Virus record (IMG/VR): IMGVR_UViG_2711768069_000008
Reading direction: 5' to 3' (one strand)
DNA length: 9,188 bases
Source of the DNA: a virus
Lineage: Duplodnaviria; Heunggongvirae; Uroviricota; Caudoviricetes
In this document: piece by piece, positions 6,483 through 9,188 of the stretch
How positions within the stretch are numbered: position 1 is the stretch's first letter
Layout of the letters: the number at the start of each line of letters is the position of its first letter
Notes under the pieces: generated by a model
The model's database searches: none
What the model saw: only the letters and a program-made list of their open reading frames with translations
What the model was told of the DNA's origin: nothing
Translations under genes and position numbers: made by a program

Positions 6483-7357
6483 GCGGCAACACCTCCGATA
6501 CGAGAACGGTAGCTGGGCCAGTTAAACGACAACCAGTTGCGCCCGCCATCGGTGATCCTGTCGACAATCCGGGGACTGATGAACGCCCACAATTCTTCCG
6601 GTGAAAGGTTGCTGATCAAGATAGTTGGCAAAATACCCTCATACCGGGCATTGATAATTTCCTGCAAAATGGCCATTTCAGCCGCACTGCCAAACTGAAC
6701 GCCGACTTCGTCGATGATCAGCAAATCCAGTGACGCATAATGCTCAATGACGTCATCCGCTGTTTTTTCACTGTCATTCCGCCAGCAGTTTTTCACAGCA
6801 CGGGTAAGGCGCATCACGTCGGTGATCTCCACACTGGCCAGATAGTTACGGATGATGTGTTTTGCCATTGATACCGCCAGATGATTTTTCCCGGTACCGC
6901 AACTGCCGGTCATAACAAGACTGGTACCGTTCTCCAGCATATCTGGCCAGTTCTCCACATAGCGGCGACAGGCCGCAAGATTTCTGGCTGCGTCAGGATT
7001 AACCTCCAGATAATTATCAAACTCGCAGTCCCGAAAACGCAGAGCAATTCCGGCGTTATCAGTCAGTTCTTCCGCCTTGAGGGACGACAGCTCCATGGTC
7101 AAATCGTTGGCCTCAGCTATCAAGCAGTCAGGGCAGCATGAAATTTTTTCTCTGTCCTCGCCATTACGATCGCTCCACACCAGAATATGTGTGTGGTATT
7201 CGCCATGTTTTTCGCAACACCCGCGCCCTTCACGCATCCAGCAGGAACGATAAGGCCATGGCTTTTCGCCCTTCTGAGCAAATGCAATCTCTGCCCGTAA
7301 CTCATCCATCCGCGCCTGTAGTCTTGTTTGTTGTTCACGCAGGTTAAACGTCATCAT
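6479..7357 (-). CDS. DnaC-like AAA+ helicase loader with N-terminal Cys/His-rich extension
   Basis: Walker A GSCGTGKNHLA (compare E. coli DnaC GTGKNHLA) and Walker B DLLIIDEVGVQ. N-terminal C..CC..H..H..CC..C cluster. Likely start is the ATG at 7357 (GAGG 8 nt upstream); the ORF track's GTG at 7366 is the alternative. Confidence 0.85.
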   Translation of the reverse strand: MMTFNLREQQTRLQARMDELRAEIAFAQKGEKPWPYRSCWMREGRGCCEKHGEYHTHILVWSDRNGEDREKISCCPDCLIAEANDLTMELSSLKAEELTDNAGIALRFRDCEFDNYLEVNPDAARNLAACRRYVENWPDMLENGTSLVMTGSCGTGKNHLAVSMAKHIIRNYLASVEITDVMRLTRAVKNCWRNDSEKTADDVIEHYASLDLLIIDEVGVQFGSAAEMAILQEIINARYEGILPTILISNLSPEELWAFISPRIVDRITDGGRNWLSFNWPSYRSRIGGVAA

Positions 7358-7367
7358 CTCTGTCACC

Positions 7368-8276
7368 TCAGAATGTCAATTTGTCACTGGATTTACCGAA
7401 TTTGTCAGACATGGCTCCCAGGCCAGCCAGGACATCGACCTGTCGCTGTCGCCCACCTCCGGGAGCAGATGGCTGTTGCCATGATTCGTCAAAGTGTCGA
7501 TCGGGGCCAAAGAACGTCGACGCCTGCTTCACGAACTGAGTGCCGGTATTTCCTGAGACACGCACCCAGGCGGCATAGCGTTTCACACCGTTGAGCATGG
7601 TTTCGGGTGTCACACCTTCCCTGATTCGGGCTTTCCAGGCTTTGAAGGCTGCTGACTTGGAATTACCACCAGCACGTTTGGGATATTCCTGCCAGGCCTG
7701 TTCAAATTCCGGTGAATATTCCTGTCGGGCAGAACGTGCTGGTGCAGACGCGTCAGCGGATGCGCCAATAGTGTTTTTACTCTCTGTAGTATTCTCTGAA
7801 GTAATCTCTGTTGTATTCTCTGTAAGATCGAAATTGGTTTTCCCTTCTCCGCGGCGAGGGGTTTCCCGTGTCCGCGGTGAAGGCTTTCCCTCCTCCGCGA
7901 AATTGGGTTTTACAGTTTCCCGAAAACGGGTTTCCCCATTTCGGGAAAACTGATTGTTTTCATTGATAATTTCATTAAGGCGCTCACAATCTATACGGTA
8001 GAACATTTTGTGCTCAAGACGCTTGTTGGTTTCAACCAAAATGCCTCTGGACACAAGATGCTTACGCGCTACAGCCTGTTGTTCAAATGTAAGTCCTGTT
8101 TCGTGTTGTATCTCTTCACGCGTTTTATGTACGCCTTCCGCTGCATGTGCTTTATCCTGCCAGTAAAAAATCTGACCAAAGAAAATAACAGCGTGCGGAC
8201 TTCCCATGTATTTAACGAGCCCAGGGTAATAAGCAACCGGATGTCCAAAATCGAGCAGAAGATCAGACGGACGCAT
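7368..8276 (-). CDS. replication initiator / replisome organiser (lambda O-like role) containing an internal iteron array
   Basis: About 302 aa from the ATG at 8276 (GGAGGTG upstream). Sits immediately upstream of the DnaC-like and DnaB-like genes. The central low-complexity linker (ENTTEITSENTTESKNT...) is encoded by tandem DNA repeats, as in lambda O where ori lies inside the gene. Confidence 0.65.
   Translation of the reverse strand: MRPSDLLLDFGHPVAYYPGLVKYMGSPHAVIFFGQIFYWQDKAHAAEGVHKTREEIQHETGLTFEQQAVARKHLVSRGILVETNKRLEHKMFYRIDCERLNEIINENNQFSRNGETRFRETVKPNFAEEGKPSPRTRETPRRGEGKTNFDLTENTTEITSENTTESKNTIGASADASAPARSARQEYSPEFEQAWQEYPKRAGGNSKSAAFKAWKARIREGVTPETMLNGVKRYAAWVRVSGNTGTQFVKQASTFFGPDRHFDESWQQPSAPGGGRQRQVDVLAGLGAMSDKFGKSSDKLTF
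7778..7980. repeat. putative origin of replication: 4 x 12-bp tandem repeats, 3 x 23-bp phased iterons, an inverted repeat and an AT-rich tract
   Basis: 12-bp units start at 7778, 7790, 7802 and 7814 (TAnTCTCTGnnG). 23-bp iterons have TTTCCC at 7839, 7862 and 7885 (consensus TTTCCC-nnn-TCCGCG-nn-GA-n-GG). Inverted repeat CAGTTTCCCGAAA (7913-7925) / TTTCGGGAAAACTG (7940-7953), then AT-rich 7953-7980. Confidence 0.55.
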
Positions 8277-8496
8277 AGCCACCTCCCAGGCGTTTAAACA
8301 TTTTTCCGGACTGAAACGCCACCAGCGGATAACTCAGGGTATGAGTACGCCCCTGCACCTGGCAGACAACCTTCTGACTTTCTGCATTGACCAGGCAAAC
8401 CCGCAGAACGTGGCCGTTGCTGGTGGTGAACCACTGCCCCACACGGGGGCAACGGTTGTATCGGTGATACAGGGAATTAACGATGTAGCGGATCAT
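8263..8496 (-). CDS. small hypothetical protein (77 aa)
   Basis: Strong RBS GGAGGTG 5 nt before the ATG; ATGA overlap with the upstream ORF stop; overlaps the start of the O-like gene by about 14 nt. Confidence 0.45.
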   Translation of the reverse strand: MIRYIVNSLYHRYNRCPRVGQWFTTSNGHVLRVCLVNAESQKVVCQVQGRTHTLSYPLVAFQSGKMFKRLGGGYASV

Positions 8497-8687
8497 GGAC
8501 GCACCTCCGCCGTAGTTACGTATTTAACTGGGCTACCTTTCATTGAGATGGTTTCACACATCCCTGCCGCTTTCAGTTCCGCCGTTTTTCTGGATTTATA
8601 GCGACGATGCCAGACAGATACATCCGTGCGAACTGATACATCGTTTCTGTATTCCGTAGTGGAGATGATGATTTCGTAACTAATCAT
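8493..8687 (-). CDS. small hypothetical protein (64 aa)
   Basis: Strong RBS AAGGAGGT 6 nt before the ATG; ATGA overlap with the upstream gene stop. N-terminus MISYEII resembles that of the next small ORF (MIRYIVN). Confidence 0.5.
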   Translation of the reverse strand: MISYEIIISTTEYRNDVSVRTDVSVWHRRYKSRKTAELKAAGMCETISMKGSPVKYVTTAEVRP

Positions 8688-8989
8688 GGGTGCACCTCCT
8701 TGTCAGAACCATTCAGCCTGTAATCAACAAGTGCAGCACCAAAAACTGCATCACCTACACGGTCGTACAGTTTGCCAGCCAGCGGAGATTCAACGGCCTT
8801 AAGCATTGGATAAAGCTGGCTTGTCCAGATTTGGTGGATTTCTCGCAAATGCAGGTATACGCCTCTGGCGTTTTGTGCGACAGATGGCATATCAGCCGCA
8901 CCAACTCCTGATAAGCACCTCTCCATCTGGTTAAAGGCATTGATGTATGCTTCTTTGAACCGGGCAGCACGTTTACCCGTGAAACCCAT
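8684..8989 (-). CDS. Rha/antirepressor-like phage regulatory protein, C-terminal portion (gene apparently disrupted upstream)
   Basis: The ATG-initiated ORF gives MGFTGKRAARFKEAYINAFNQME... The same frame continues upstream without a start codon (...SEYTDASGRKLPCYQITRDGFAFLA-MGFTGK...) up to an in-frame TAA at 9107-9109. The TRDGF..L.MGFTGK..A..K.AYI.AFN pattern resembles Rha-family proteins as I recall them. No RBS before the ATG at 8989. Confidence 0.4.
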   Translation of the reverse strand: MGFTGKRAARFKEAYINAFNQMERCLSGVGAADMPSVAQNARGVYLHLREIHQIWTSQLYPMLKAVESPLAGKLYDRVGDAVFGAALVDYRLNGSDKEVHP

Positions 8990-9106
8990 AGCAAGAAACG
9001 CAAAACCGTCGCGGGTGATTTGGTAACAAGGGAGTTTGCGGCCTGATGCGTCGGTGTATTCACTTAACAGTAAGCGTGCAGCAAGAACCGTATTGACGGG
9101 GATGTG

Positions 9107-9188
9107 TTATTCAGTCGGCAGTGCTACGCGCCAGGGGAGCAGTTCGCCGACCCGGTTTATCGGCCAGTCGGCTATGACGTCAAGGACA
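9107..9188 (-). CDS. 3' end of an upstream ORF in the same frame as the Rha-like ORF (partial, runs off the window)
   Basis: Open frame from the window edge (...VLDVIADWPINRVGELLPWRVALPTE) ending at TAA 9107-9109. May be the N-terminal part of the same gene, split by a nonsense codon. Confidence 0.25.
   Translation of the reverse strand, partial: VLDVIADWPINRVGELLPWRVALPTE

Noticed and set aside
6881-7594. ORFs 6881-7141 (+), 7120-7338 (-), 7138-7347 (+) and 7328-7594 (+) overlapping the DnaC-like and O-like genes
   Set aside because: Alternative frames of confirmed coding regions; no independent support.
7778-7907. Tandem direct repeats considered as a possible CRISPR array
   Set aside because: Units of 12 and 23 bp are contiguous with no spacers, sit inside a coding sequence and encode a linker; they fit origin iterons, not CRISPR.
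7591-8297. Plus-strand ORFs 7591-7953 and 8010-8297 antisense to the O-like gene
   Set aside because: The first is largely the antisense translation of the iteron repeats; both are antisense to the operon-coupled O-like frame.
8341-8601. Plus-strand 86-aa ORF antisense to the two small minus-strand ORFs
   Set aside because: Its translation looks superficially protein-like, but the two minus-strand ORFs each have a strong GGAGG RBS and ATGA coupling, and the plus ORF has neither.
8690-9063. Minus-strand 102-aa ORF 8755-9063 in an alternative frame, and plus-strand 73-aa ORF 8690-8911
   Set aside because: They overlap the Rha-like frame; translations are Cys/Trp/Arg-rich and not protein-like; the Rha-like frame shows recognisable family motifs.
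1-9188. Searched for Shiga toxin genes, integrase/att sites, IS elements and a lysis cassette (holin, endolysin, spanin)
   Set aside because: No ORF in the window has the size, composition or motifs of these. If present they lie outside the window, most plausibly beyond coordinate 1 on the minus strand.

Overview
This window reads as the early-right to late junction of a lambdoid (Stx-phage-like) enterobacterial prophage, with one compositionally foreign two-gene cassette inserted downstream of the Q antiterminator. Almost everything is transcribed on the minus strand as a tightly coupled operon: a Rha-like regulator fragment, two small ORFs, an O-like replication initiator carrying an internal iteron array (candidate origin), a DnaC-like helicase loader, a DnaB-like helicase, a small ORF, a DUF968-like Cys/His protein and a Q-family antiterminator. 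Further downstream on the same strand lie a small HTH-like ORF, a DPPY-type N6-adenine DNA methyltransferase and a tRNA cluster (Ile2-like CAU, a degenerate tRNA-like element, Arg UCU). The candidate novel system is the plus-strand cassette at 1995-3383: a 313-aa protein with no motif I can recognise plus a translationally coupled 147-aa polytopic membrane protein, about 20-30% GC on sampled lines against 50-58% in the flanks, with its own RBS and a strong terminator. I propose it as an uncharacterised lysogen-expressed defence, abortive-infection or exclusion module; this is inference from context, not homology. All family assignments come from reading the translations and from memory of known families; no database search was run.
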